Part shown: positions 6,484 through 15,930 of the stretch, in pieces
Layout: each line of letters opens with the position of its first letter
Numbering within the stretch: position 1 is the stretch's first letter
Assembly (NCBI GenBank): GCA_964441675.1
Contig: CAYTVP010000002.1
Coordinates: forward strand, 1-36,071
Origin: an uncultured Solibacteraceae bacterium
Lineage (GTDB): Bacteria > Acidobacteriota > Terriglobia > Bryobacterales > Bryobacteraceae
Length of the DNA stretch: 36,071 nucleotides
Direction of reading: 5' to 3'
Made by a program: the position numbers and the translations under genes
The notes under the pieces: model-generated
What the model was told of the DNA's origin: nothing
The model's database searches: none
The model's input: only the letters and a program-made list of their open reading frames with translations

Positions 6484-8586
6484 TCAATTGCAAGCGAGCT
6501 TCGCATCAGCCCAATCGCCATGGTCTGATCCGATGCCGTCACCGCCATCTCGCACAAGCAGCCGTAGTTCGTTCTTTCCCGCCAGATTGACGCTGACCGA
6601 TTTGCCGGCATTTCCGCCAAACATCAGCCCGCTGTCGAACAACTTGGTTCCGTCAGCCCAAACCTCGAACACAATCGAGCCATACCGGCCAACCTCGTCA
6701 TCCACTCCCACTTCAGAAAGGAATGTGCTGCACTTGCCCGCCAGTGAATAGCGAAGCTCTGAAGGAGCGTGTACCCCCAATCCTTTCTCGTACCGTTTCC
6801 CGGCTATGGATATTTGACGGCCGTCGCCGGCTGCCGTTTCTCCGTTGCTACGATCAATTTCCGCCGGGCCCCAACCGTTGGTCGAGTACGTTGCGCCCCG
6901 GTCGCTGAGGTAACCTGTTGCGACCGTTTGCGGCGGCGCCGATGAACAGGTAAGACGCGCATTGGCCCAGTCAGCATGATCGGAGTTCTTGCCGTCGCCC
7001 GCGTCGGTGACCACCAAACGAAGCTCTCGCTTACCCGCGACGGTCACATTCACCGGACTGCCGCCTCCGGAGCCTCTCATGACCGGTGACTCGTAGATCT
7101 TCGCTCCATCCGCGTAGACCTGGAAGATCACTGACCCGTTTCCTCCTACCTCGTCATCTACTCCAACCGTGGCTGTGAAGCTCGTGCAACTCTGCCCCAG
7201 GTTGTAGCGAATGTCCGATGGCGCATGCACCCCGAGCCCCTTCGCATAGGTCACTCCTCCGATTGACATGGTTCTGCCATCGGCCGTCCCAGCTTCCCCC
7301 ACACTCATGTTCTTCTCTGCCGGTCCCCACCCATTGGTGGCGCTCATCCAATTCATATCTCCCAGACTCTGCCCTTCACCTTCATCCGGGGGAGGTGCCG
7401 GAACCGTCACTCCGCCCGATACCAGCCGCAATACTGCCGCCGATTTCCCTCTCAATGTCACTGAATTTACATGCGCGCCGGAGATCGTCTGGTACGTCCC
7501 AGGTAGCGTTACCGTTCTCGTCGCTCCTCCCGGTTCGTTCACCAGCACCATCCCTCCGGAAAAGTCTCTCCTCATCAGTCCAGACCAGTCATACCGGCTC
7601 CCACTCGGCGTCCCCAACTGGACGTCGTATCCCGCCCACCAGTTATCCGGTGTTGTCGCCAGGTCTCCGATCATGTCCCGGTCAGTTGAAATCAGAAAGT
7701 AATTCCCCAGCACATACTCCATGTCCGGCGGATAGTATTCGTCGAATACGACCGCTTTCCCGCGTGCATGCAAACGATCGATGAACGACAGCAACTCTCG
7801 CAGCGACCACGAGCCCGTTCCGCCCGTCAATCCTTCATCCGTTACTCCTCGCTCCACGTTGATGAAATCCGACGCCGCTATCTGTCTCTGCACATATGTG
7901 TCCCGGTCTCGCGTACTTGCCGGTCCTGCGTACCAGATCGAGTTATGGAGCATCTCATACGAGCTCAGCTCCCCCCTGATCTGCTCCACAAACTCAGCCA
8001 TATACCGCCGCCAGTTGTCATAACTCATCGTTCCGCCTGTTCGGGGATCAAACGGCGCCACTTCTGTTCCCGATCCGTTGGATACCCGGAACTGCAGGTT
8101 CACATCGTCCAGCCACAATCCCTTGTAGCCCTTCGACAGGGTTGCTTTCGCCCGGTCGATCCAATATCTCCGAAATGCCGGATTCCCCACGTCCGCCGCG
8201 TACTGCGGACAACTTCCTCCCGAACAACCCCACGGTATGTACAATCGCCGCCCCTGTGGATCCTTCAAAATCCAGTCCGGATTCTGACTCACCAGCGCCA
8301 GATTTGTATGAATTGCATACAGATCCAGGTACAGCCACGCATTCGGATACCAACCCAGCTTGTTATCGAAATATGGCGTATACGTTCCCAGCCGGAACAG
8401 CTTCTGCCTCAGAAAATTCTGGGTCGCCGTGCTTGGATAATCCGTATACCGGTTGAACTCCGGGTTGGCACGCTTCACATACCGCACCTTCCCCGCTTCC
8501 GCCGTCTGGCTCCATCCACTCTGGCTTGCCATCGCCAGGCACCCGATCAATGCCCCGGCTATCTTCATCCCGCGAAAAGTTCTCAT
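6484..8586 (-). CDS. secreted putative glycoside hydrolase (GH114-like / GHL TIM-barrel) with two C-terminal NPCBM carbohydrate-binding modules
   Basis: The start is placed at ATG 8586 (MRTFRGMKIAGALIGCLAMASQSGWS signal peptide; GGAG and AAGGG lie upstream); the track starts at GTG 8628. The N-terminal domain has KGYKGLWLDDVNL, reminiscent of the GH114 G-x-D-G-x-x-L-D motif. The two NPCBM repeats are at approx nt 6946-7371 and 6490-6915 (NGWGP...GDG...KGLGVHAPS...C..F...VGVDDEV...SDH.DWA.A.L.C). Confidence 0.75.
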   Translation of the reverse strand: MRTFRGMKIAGALIGCLAMASQSGWSQTAEAGKVRYVKRANPEFNRYTDYPSTATQNFLRQKLFRLGTYTPYFDNKLGWYPNAWLYLDLYAIHTNLALVSQNPDWILKDPQGRRLYIPWGCSGGSCPQYAADVGNPAFRRYWIDRAKATLSKGYKGLWLDDVNLQFRVSNGSGTEVAPFDPRTGGTMSYDNWRRYMAEFVEQIRGELSSYEMLHNSIWYAGPASTRDRDTYVQRQIAASDFINVERGVTDEGLTGGTGSWSLRELLSFIDRLHARGKAVVFDEYYPPDMEYVLGNYFLISTDRDMIGDLATTPDNWWAGYDVQLGTPSGSRYDWSGLMRRDFSGGMVLVNEPGGATRTVTLPGTYQTISGAHVNSVTLRGKSAAVLRLVSGGVTVPAPPPDEGEGQSLGDMNWMSATNGWGPAEKNMSVGEAGTADGRTMSIGGVTYAKGLGVHAPSDIRYNLGQSCTSFTATVGVDDEVGGNGSVIFQVYADGAKIYESPVMRGSGGGSPVNVTVAGKRELRLVVTDAGDGKNSDHADWANARLTCSSAPPQTVATGYLSDRGATYSTNGWGPAEIDRSNGETAAGDGRQISIAGKRYEKGLGVHAPSELRYSLAGKCSTFLSEVGVDDEVGRYGSIVFEVWADGTKLFDSGLMFGGNAGKSVSVNLAGKNELRLLVRDGGDGIGSDHGDWADAKLACN

Positions 8587-8826
8587 TTCTCGCCCTTTTT
8601 CTCCTATCCGTTTTTTGATTCGATACACTTCACCCTCCTTCGCGCTTGCGTTCCTTCGCTCGGCGAAAAATGGCTGACAGATGTACCTAACTAGGCAGAT
8701 CTATCGATCCGGAAGCATACAAATCATGCTTCTTCTTGTTGGCACTATGGGGCGGTCTTCAGAAAATGAACAACTTGGGCGGGGATACTACGCTGGAATT
8801 ACACTGAGCTACGACACAACTTGAGA

Positions 8827-9837
8827 CTAACAGAGGCTGAGTCGGAGAGCAAACTCAAAGCAATTCCAGTTATGTACACTGAAACGCGGAACCTCATACC
8901 GATTAAATCCCGGCCTTAAGCTTCCTGGCACGGTTGTGCAGGCCAATGAAAAGCCGGCAGTTTGAATGGCGCGAATACTATCCAAACTGTAACTGTCTCG
9001 CGATCCAAACGGGTATGCAAACTCTGTAACGGACCGACTGAGTCGAGCCTCAATCTCGCGCCGGCTCTCGTGGATCTCGCGCTGCTGGACATAAATGTCT
9101 TCCAGCCCCAGCTTTACATGATGAACAGTGTGCGCGCCAATTGAAAACAATCCGTCGGATAACAATTCTCTCACTTCGGTCCATGTCATCGCATGTCTAC
9201 TATCTCGGCAAATGTTACCCCAGTTAAACCTTTGGCGCAAGTCCTTCAAGCATGCTTTTCGATCATCCTCGTCTAGTGAGTGCAGAAAACGATACAGTCT
9301 GACGTACAACCGTTGCTGCTCAGCCCGCTGTCTTTTCCAGCAACGCCAGCTTGGGGAGGTTGACCTAATACGATGATTCACAGGGGTCCACGAGATTGTT
9401 GTACCCTGTCTACTTCGAAGCTCGAGAGAAATAGGCTCAAAATCTGTTTGAAGAACGCGCTCTATTTCATCCCACCAGAACTCGGCAGAACTCCCGATGA
9501 AAGATGTTGTCAGGAAAAATGTAGCTGGTGCACTGTGACGGACCAGAATGTCTCTCGCAGTGTGTCCATTATCCGCGTACCCATCATCGAACGTAATTGC
9601 AGCCCGCAGTTTGCCAGCCGCTGGCTTGTGGATGAGTTCCGTCAACGGAACGATCTCGTAGCCATACTGCCTGAGAGTAATCAACTGACCCTCGAAATAG
9701 TCCGGCCTTACGCTCAAGCCCCACGGATCTATGGAGTCTTCAAGAATGCGGTGGTAGCACAATATGACATTGGAGGTTCGTCCTCTGCAAAGTCGCTGCG
9801 CTGCCCGCACGATCGGTCCGGATACTCTCGTCGTCAC
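8827..9837 (-). CDS. polysaccharide deacetylase (CE4 / NodB homology domain)
   Basis: ITFDDGYADN (TFDDG motif), GAHTVHH (H-x-x-x-H metal motif) and FAYPFG. Confidence 0.8.
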   Translation of the reverse strand: MTTRVSGPIVRAAQRLCRGRTSNVILCYHRILEDSIDPWGLSVRPDYFEGQLITLRQYGYEIVPLTELIHKPAAGKLRAAITFDDGYADNGHTARDILVRHSAPATFFLTTSFIGSSAEFWWDEIERVLQTDFEPISLELRSRQGTTISWTPVNHRIRSTSPSWRCWKRQRAEQQRLYVRLYRFLHSLDEDDRKACLKDLRQRFNWGNICRDSRHAMTWTEVRELLSDGLFSIGAHTVHHVKLGLEDIYVQQREIHESRREIEARLSRSVTEFAYPFGSRDSYSLDSIRAIQTAGFSLACTTVPGSLRPGFNRYEVPRFSVHNWNCFEFALRLSLC

Positions 9838-9843
9838 TTACCG

Positions 9844-10599
9844 TCAGATGGCCTTCGTTCCTTTAATGTGTACGATTAGCTCGTACTGTGGATCCACATA
9901 ATCCAGGTCCTGCTCAGACAGTTCTCTTCGCGATATCCCGTGCAATTGCGCTACCGACGCCAAAACGTTTCCATCAGATCCTATATCAAGTCTGTCGTGG
10001 AACAATGGCTCGAACATCCGGCGAGCGGCAAGTGAGCTGAAACTCCAGTACCAGGTATCCTTCCATTCATCTGTACTAATCTGCGAAACCCCCGGCACTG
10101 TGGCCAACAAAACCCCGTTGGGCCGCAGGATACGATGAAGTGTCCGTACAGCTGCATGAAAGTCGTAGATCAAGTGAAGAGTTTGCGTGCAAATCACGCA
10201 GTCAAACGTGTTGGACGGAATATTGCTGCCGTCGCTCAAATCACCGATGATCGTAGCTTCTTTATTCTCCGGATCAACATGCAAAACATCGCTGTGTTCA
10301 AGTGCACTCGCAAACTGCAATGTGTAACTGCGATCGCCGATCTCCAGAACACGGCCTGCGATGGATGATGTGTTCCGCTGAAGGAACCGCTCGATATAGT
10401 AGCGGTCCACAGGGCCTCCGCGCCGATAACCAAAATCGCGGCTTACGGGCTCAAGCCTACGGAGCGAGCCGTACGGAAATGCAATCGGCAGTACGCGAGA
10501 AATGGCATGGCGCATGCGAGAGTTACCCAGCCGCCGCTTCGTCTTTGTAATGAAATCTGTAAAACCTCTTCGCTCCGTTCCGACCATCGACGGGTTCAT
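9844..10599 (-). CDS. class I SAM-dependent methyltransferase
   Basis: RVLEIGDRS (motif I-like) and FDCVICTQTLHLIYDFHAAVRTLHRILRPNGVLLATVPG (post-I/II/III pattern of the Methyltransf_11/23 type). ATGA overlap with the upstream gene. Confidence 0.65.
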   Translation of the reverse strand: MNPSMVGTERRGFTDFITKTKRRLGNSRMRHAISRVLPIAFPYGSLRRLEPVSRDFGYRRGGPVDRYYIERFLQRNTSSIAGRVLEIGDRSYTLQFASALEHSDVLHVDPENKEATIIGDLSDGSNIPSNTFDCVICTQTLHLIYDFHAAVRTLHRILRPNGVLLATVPGVSQISTDEWKDTWYWSFSSLAARRMFEPLFHDRLDIGSDGNVLASVAQLHGISRRELSEQDLDYVDPQYELIVHIKGTKAI

Positions 10600-11597
10600 A
10601 CCACCACGCCCGCCTTTACTGGAGCTGTGGGTGTGTTGTAGTAGCGTGGATCCGAAAGATTGCCGAATACTCCCAGCTCCACCGCAGCTGCTATTTCCAG
10701 GATTCCCGCTCGTACCGTTTTGGTCGTCGTAAACCCTAGCTCGTTGTGGATGCGTTCAAACGATACCCGATAATCCCGCGGATCTTCCGTCTTGTGAACA
10801 TTCACTACTTCGAGCGACGGTACGCGCTGACAAATCATTTCCACGAGATCGCGCTTCCGAAAGTTTTCGCCCGTGTTCCCGACGTTGAACACCCGCTGCG
10901 AAACGGCATCCTCGGGTGAATCCAACACTTTGAGGATTGCGCGTGCTGCGTCATAAACGTGGACATAGGGTCGCCAGAACTGATCGCCGTAAACAATGAG
11001 CGTCCTTTCGGCAACTGCGCGCATAGTAAACTCATTCACCGTCAGATCGAAGCGCATGCGCGGTGCTGATCCGTAAAGTGTGGCAAACCTGAGAACCGTT
11101 GACGCCATTGTCGATGATTCTGATGTCAGAATGTGCTCTTCAACAGCAACCTTTGTTTCGGCATAGAGAGACACCGGCTTCAGTTCATGATTCTCAGTGG
11201 CGAGCACTGTCGGATCGGCCATTCGCCCGTAATTACTGCACGTCGACGCAAAGACAAACCTTGATACACCGGCCGCTCTTGCCTGGCCCATCACGCGTAG
11301 CGTCGCCGTATAGTTCAGCGCACGGGCTAGCTCCGGGTCCTTAGAACAGGCAGGGTCCCCGACGATCGCGGCCAAGTGTACCAGCGCATCCGCGCCTCTC
11401 AGCGCCTTCTCGACGTCACCCTCGTTACAGACGTCTCCATGTATAAATTCAAACCGCTCCTGCCCAATAAGACTGGGCAGCGACTGACCGCCGTGTAATA
11501 AATTATCAATGACTCTGACTTCATGTCCGGCCGCAAGCGCCTTCAGCGACAGAATGGATCCTAAGTATCCAGCACCACCCGTAATTAAAAGTTTCAT
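10596..11597 (-). CDS. NAD-dependent epimerase/dehydratase (extended SDR)
   Basis: MKLLITGGAGYLGS Rossmann motif and YAETK (YxxxK). ATG 11597 is chosen. The track start GTG 11609 would overlap the Wza stop (GTGA) and remains possible. Confidence 0.8.
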   Translation of the reverse strand: MKLLITGGAGYLGSILSLKALAAGHEVRVIDNLLHGGQSLPSLIGQERFEFIHGDVCNEGDVEKALRGADALVHLAAIVGDPACSKDPELARALNYTATLRVMGQARAAGVSRFVFASTCSNYGRMADPTVLATENHELKPVSLYAETKVAVEEHILTSESSTMASTVLRFATLYGSAPRMRFDLTVNEFTMRAVAERTLIVYGDQFWRPYVHVYDAARAILKVLDSPEDAVSQRVFNVGNTGENFRKRDLVEMICQRVPSLEVVNVHKTEDPRDYRVSFERIHNELGFTTTKTVRAGILEIAAAVELGVFGNLSDPRYYNTPTAPVKAGVVV

Positions 11598-11605
11598 GAT
11601 TTTTT

Positions 11606-12538
11606 TCACCGCCAGATCAAAACACCAACGCCTAGTTGAATTGCGGCCTCGGCCGCGCGAATGCTCACCTTCTTTGCTGTATTGGAAGGAATAATAAGGA
11701 TGTCATCGGCAGTCAGAAATATTTCCGATGACTTCCCATTAAGAATACTTGACAGATTTAAAGCGATCTCCTTTCGCTCGATGCTATTTTCCTGTCGCCT
11801 AAACAATCTCGTTTTACTTGCCAATGCGAAACCGGTCGTACCTTCTGCCAGCGAGACAGCTTCAATAATCGAAATCTGATCACGATCCCCCAGCACAAAT
11901 CCACCAGGCTTCCTTACTTCACCCATTACATAGAACAACTCAGCCTTCGGCACGGAAATCACATCGTGCGGTCTGATTCGAATATTCAGCGCCGGCTCAC
12001 GAACTTCAATTAACTCTCTAACCGATATTTCGGCGGTGTAATGTTGAGCTTCTTCGGAAATTGCAGAAGCCCGCAACGGAAACGGCCCTTCGTCCTTCCG
12101 TCGCAGAACCTTCAAGATATGACCCGCCTCCGGCTTTAATCCACCGGCCATTGAGATCACTTCAAGTAGATTCTTCTCTCCCTGCAGCTGAAGCGTTCCC
12201 GGTGTGTTGAACTGGCCCAGTACAGACACAGGCTGACTCCGAAATTCGACAACCGTAACCGTCAGCGACACATTCTTCACGTATACCTTTAAACGTTCAG
12301 CAAGTAACTCCCTTACCTCTTCCAACGTTCGCCCCTTTATATCCATTCGTCCAATCAGCGGAGCGTCGAGAAAACCGTCGGTGTCAACTCGCAATGGCTT
12401 TTCCGAAATCTCCTCTGCGCCCAGGCACCACACGCTCAGAACGTCGCCGGGTCCGACGCGATAATTGGATTCTTCGCCAGCGCGCGCGTTTCCTATCAGC
12501 AGTAGAAACGCGAGGGTAACTAGTGATGCGCGACTCAT
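11606..12538 (-). CDS. polysaccharide export outer-membrane protein (Wza family: Poly_export plus SLBB)
   Basis: Signal peptide MSRASLVTLAFLLLIGNARA, then YRVGPGDVLSV...VDTDGFLDAPLIGRMDIKGRTLEEVRELLAERL, typical of Poly_export. Confidence 0.8.
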   Translation of the reverse strand: MSRASLVTLAFLLLIGNARAGEESNYRVGPGDVLSVWCLGAEEISEKPLRVDTDGFLDAPLIGRMDIKGRTLEEVRELLAERLKVYVKNVSLTVTVVEFRSQPVSVLGQFNTPGTLQLQGEKNLLEVISMAGGLKPEAGHILKVLRRKDEGPFPLRASAISEEAQHYTAEISVRELIEVREPALNIRIRPHDVISVPKAELFYVMGEVRKPGGFVLGDRDQISIIEAVSLAEGTTGFALASKTRLFRRQENSIERKEIALNLSSILNGKSSEIFLTADDILIIPSNTAKKVSIRAAEAAIQLGVGVLIWR

Positions 12539-13704
12539 ACGGTTCTTTCCTCCATCACTGCATCATTGTGCAGCCCGTCCAGCTTCTGCCCGATAAGGTC
12601 CGCAATCTCATCTACGTCGTGTTTCGTCATTGAAGGTCCCAGCGGAAGTGTAATGATCTTGTCGCTGTCAACAACGGATCGGAACGGCGGAGTATCAGCG
12701 TAGGCTTTAAATCGCGGAATCAGATCGTAATGTCGACTGGTCTGAATACCGGCCTGTGCTAAATGACTTCTGAGGCCCTGAGGATCATCGTTTACGAGGA
12801 CTGGAAAAATGTGACAGGCCGAATCTGCCAGTTCCCGGTCGGCAAACGGAACAGTTACTCCTGAAGTATTGCGCAGCGCATCCCGATACCAACTGGTCAC
12901 CTGACGGCGCAAGGAATTGAGCTCATCGACCTTTTGCAGCTGACAGATACCTATCGCACTACGAATTTCATCGATTCGATAGTTATAACCAAGTCCGATT
13001 ACGTCATATCCGTTTGCGTGGCCGCGGTGGCGGTCAGCCGTAAGAGACGTCATACCATGCGACCGGAGCAAGCGGCACTCGGCAGCCACTTCGGCACGAT
13101 TAGTAGTGATCATGCCGCCTTCACCGGTGGTCATGTTCTTGTTACTAAAGAAGCTGAAGCAACCCACGTCTCCTAACGTGCCCAGATGCGATTGGGATCC
13201 CGAGGAACTGTGATACGAGGCAAACGGAGCGTGAGCGCAATCCTCAATCACCAGCAAGCCGTACTCTCGCGCCGTCGCGAGAATATCATCCATATGACAC
13301 GCAAATCCCCCATAGTGGACCACTGCAATAGCTTTTGTGCGTGCGCTGATCGCGGCGCGAATCGCAACCGGTGAAATAGTCCAGTCTGAAGGCGACACTA
13401 CGTCCGCGAAGATTGGCGTTGCACCACAATAGCGAACTGCATTGGCCGTTGCGACAAACGTCAATGCGGGGCAGATCACTTCATCACCTGGCCCGATACC
13501 AAGCGCCGCCATGCTGATGTGAAGCGCCGCGGTACAACTTGATACTGCAAGTGAGTGGTTGACGCCGAGCTTTGCACCAAACTGTCGTTCGAAAGTTTCC
13601 GTCTCCGGGCCCATAGTGAGCCACTTACTCCGAATTACTCTTGCTGCAGCTTCCACTTCCTGTTCGCCCAAGGATGGTTCAGACAACGGAATGCGCCATT
13701 TCAT
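12535..13704 (-). CDS. DegT/DnrJ/EryC1/StrS-family PLP-dependent sugar aminotransferase
   Basis: PSLGEQEVEAAARVIRSKWLTMGPETETFE and FSFFSNKNMTTGEGGMITT (PLP-lysine region). Confidence 0.85.
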   Translation of the reverse strand: MKWRIPLSEPSLGEQEVEAAARVIRSKWLTMGPETETFERQFGAKLGVNHSLAVSSCTAALHISMAALGIGPGDEVICPALTFVATANAVRYCGATPIFADVVSPSDWTISPVAIRAAISARTKAIAVVHYGGFACHMDDILATAREYGLLVIEDCAHAPFASYHSSSGSQSHLGTLGDVGCFSFFSNKNMTTGEGGMITTNRAEVAAECRLLRSHGMTSLTADRHRGHANGYDVIGLGYNYRIDEIRSAIGICQLQKVDELNSLRRQVTSWYRDALRNTSGVTVPFADRELADSACHIFPVLVNDDPQGLRSHLAQAGIQTSRHYDLIPRFKAYADTPPFRSVVDSDKIITLPLGPSMTKHDVDEIADLIGQKLDGLHNDAVMEERTV

Positions 13705-14441
13705 GCGGTCGCCCCCAATCGCAACGTGTCCATCTTCTGATAATCATCATTGGCCTTGTCGTAATCCTCCGGGCGTCCCAGATCAAGCCAATAACCGTTA
13801 TGCCGAAATGTCTGAACTTCGTGTCCGGTTTCCAGCATTTTCAGCATCAAATTATCAAAGCCGAACGGGCGGCCGGCGGGAACCAGTTCGAGAACATTGC
13901 GGCTAAAGACATAAACACCAGTACTCACCAAGTATTCGTATGTGGGTTTTTCAGAAAACTGTTTCAATCGCCCATTCGCGGAAAGCGTGAGAACGCCGAA
14001 ATCCACCATCATCTTTCGTGAGTAAGTTCCTACAGTCAATAGTTTGTTCGACCGCCGATGTTGGTCAAACAACGCTCGATAATTCAGGTCTGACAAGACA
14101 TCGCCGTTCATTACCAGAAAATGCTCCGGCAGGTTCGTCAGTAACTTGAGAGGAGCGACAGTTCCCAGCGGTTGATCCTCAACCGAATACTCGATCTGAA
14201 TGCCCATTTTCCGGCCGTCGCCAAAAAAGCTCATGATCAGGTCCGCCATGTGATTGACAGCCAGCGTAACCTTGCGACAGCCCGCGCGCCGGAGTTGCTC
14301 CAAGACGATCGAAAGGATTGGCTGCTCCCCGACCGGAACAAGCGGCTTTGGAAGCGTAGTCGTATAGGGTCGAAGCCTGGTTCCTTTCCCACCGGCAAGG
14401 ATTACAGCCTCCATGTCGCTTTTCGCGCCTGGTTTTTTCAT
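13701..14441 (-). CDS. sugar-1-phosphate nucleotidyltransferase
   Basis: AVILAGGKGTRLRPYTTTLPKPLVPV (G-x-G-T-R-L signature). ATG 14441 is chosen, 2 nt after the upstream stop; the track ORF extends to 14498, inside the upstream gene. Confidence 0.8.
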   Translation of the reverse strand: MKKPGAKSDMEAVILAGGKGTRLRPYTTTLPKPLVPVGEQPILSIVLEQLRRAGCRKVTLAVNHMADLIMSFFGDGRKMGIQIEYSVEDQPLGTVAPLKLLTNLPEHFLVMNGDVLSDLNYRALFDQHRRSNKLLTVGTYSRKMMVDFGVLTLSANGRLKQFSEKPTYEYLVSTGVYVFSRNVLELVPAGRPFGFDNLMLKMLETGHEVQTFRHNGYWLDLGRPEDYDKANDDYQKMDTLRLGATA

Positions 14442-14443
14442 TT

Positions 14444-15895
14444 CTAATACGCTCCTTTTCGGAAAAGAACAACCGAGATCGTTCGGAACAGGATGCACAG
14501 GTCGAGCCAGACCGACCAGTTACGCGCGTAGAAGATATCAAGCTGCACCCGCTCCTCGTAACTTGTATCGCTACGTCCTGACACTTGCCATAGTCCGGTG
14601 ACGCCGCCTAACACTCGTGTATACAGCGGATAGTAAGGACCATACCGAACAATCTCCTCTTCGACGATAGGCCGAGGACCCACGAGACTCATATCGCCGC
14701 GTAGAACATTCCATAGCTGCGGTAACTCGTCCAGGCTCGTGCGCCTTAAGAATCTGCCGATTCTTGTGACGCGAGGGTCATTGCGAAGCTTGTGATCGCG
14801 CTCCCATTCCTGACGTAGTTCGGGATGCTGATTCAGGTATTGCTCCAGCACAGCGGGTGCATCCTTCACCATCGACCGGAATTTCCACGCAAAGAACCGT
14901 TTTCCATTGCGGCCAATGCGACGCTGAGCGTAGAACACAGGCCCGGGAGAGTCCAGCTTAATCATCAGGGCAATCAACGCTGCAAACGGCAAAACAAAGA
15001 TACTTGCCGAGACAACAAGGAAGAGATCTACGAACCGCTTCAACCGTACTCGTGTCGACGACAGCGGAAGATGGTCAATCTCCAGACCTACCATTCCGGC
15101 AAGGATGCGGGGATTACCGCTAAGGCATGATGCCTCGTCGATCCGTGGAATCAGCAGAACCCGTTCAAAGCATCCAACACACTTTTCCACAAGCCCGAGA
15201 AAGTAACCTTGTTGGTCATAGTCCGTGGCAACTACCGCATAGTAGGGACCACCGAGCGCAGCCAACGTATTAGCGGCGTTTGAAGCGGCAATGACTGGCA
15301 GGCCGAGTGTGTTTCCTTCGATTAGCTCGTCACGCTCGACGATAAGAATCGGCTTAAGTCCCGCCTCGGGATGCCTGCGCATCGCGTCTATGGCAGCGCT
15401 GCTTGCTAGCCCACCTCCAAAGATGACTGTCGGATGCCCCCAGCAATTTAGAGAAGCCAGCATACTCTTGGCGGCAGCGCGCGTCAGGGGAACAAACACC
15501 ACCGACAGAGCAATGGCAACCCCCAAAGTCCAGGTAAAGGAAGTTTCCGCGCCGCGAAAAGTGGTTGTCAGGGCGGCCAGCGTCATGAACACCATCGTCG
15601 AAGCGATGGCCGTTCGCTGCAGCTCTTCAGGCGCACTCAACGCCATATCGGAGTATAGGCCCATCAACTTATAAACAGCCGGAAATACAAATAAGAGTGG
15701 CCAAAGCCGCAGATACATCGCGATCTCAATTGGGCCTTCTACTATCGCTTTGGTCGCCACGCCCAGAGCTACGGCGAGTATTAACGCCAGCAGATCTGCA
15801 AGTATAAGCGCCGGAACCATGAACATCGCACCTGTAGCCCGATTACTTTCAGGCCGGAATACTGCATTAGTGATCGAAGTAGCCATCGTCATCAT
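14444..15895 (-). CDS. polyprenyl-phosphate glycosyl-phosphotransferase (priming bacterial sugar transferase, WbaP/EpsB-like)
   Basis: Several N-terminal TM helices. The C-terminal sugar-transferase domain has [38 protein letters not shown] and [11 protein letters not shown]. Confidence 0.85.
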   Translation of the reverse strand: MMTMATSITNAVFRPESNRATGAMFMVPALILADLLALILAVALGVATKAIVEGPIEIAMYLRLWPLLFVFPAVYKLMGLYSDMALSAPEELQRTAIASTMVFMTLAALTTTFRGAETSFTWTLGVAIALSVVFVPLTRAAAKSMLASLNCWGHPTVIFGGGLASSAAIDAMRRHPEAGLKPILIVERDELIEGNTLGLPVIAASNAANTLAALGGPYYAVVATDYDQQGYFLGLVEKCVGCFERVLLIPRIDEASCLSGNPRILAGMVGLEIDHLPLSSTRVRLKRFVDLFLVVSASIFVLPFAALIALMIKLDSPGPVFYAQRRIGRNGKRFFAWKFRSMVKDAPAVLEQYLNQHPELRQEWERDHKLRNDPRVTRIGRFLRRTSLDELPQLWNVLRGDMSLVGPRPIVEEEIVRYGPYYPLYTRVLGGVTGLWQVSGRSDTSYEERVQLDIFYARNWSVWLDLCILFRTISVVLFRKGAY

Positions 15896-15930
15896 CCTTC
15901 GGCGTCACAACCAACGCCTGGGTCTTTCAT

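Noticed and set aside
7768-8694. Long ORFs antisense to real genes: 7768..8694 +, 4658..5278 +, 7218..7784 +, 33488..34162 -, 31711..32469 -, 30588..31127 - and others in the track.
   Set aside because: Each lies fully inside and opposite a gene with clear family motifs. Their products are Arg/Pro/Ser-rich and low-complexity, which is the typical shadow-ORF signature of GC-rich coding DNA.
8712-8740. A hairpin GAAGCAT-acaaatc-ATGCTTC followed by TTCTTGTT, looking like a + strand terminator.
   Set aside because: No + strand gene ends anywhere near it. On the relevant minus strand the hairpin has no U-tract. The stem is short and AT-rich.
8795-8815. The minus strand reads GTCGTAGCTCAGTGTAATTCC, resembling a tRNA D-arm (TAGCTCAGT).
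   Set aside because: There is no closing GAGC strand, and no anticodon or T-arm follows. It is probably chance or a highly decayed fragment.
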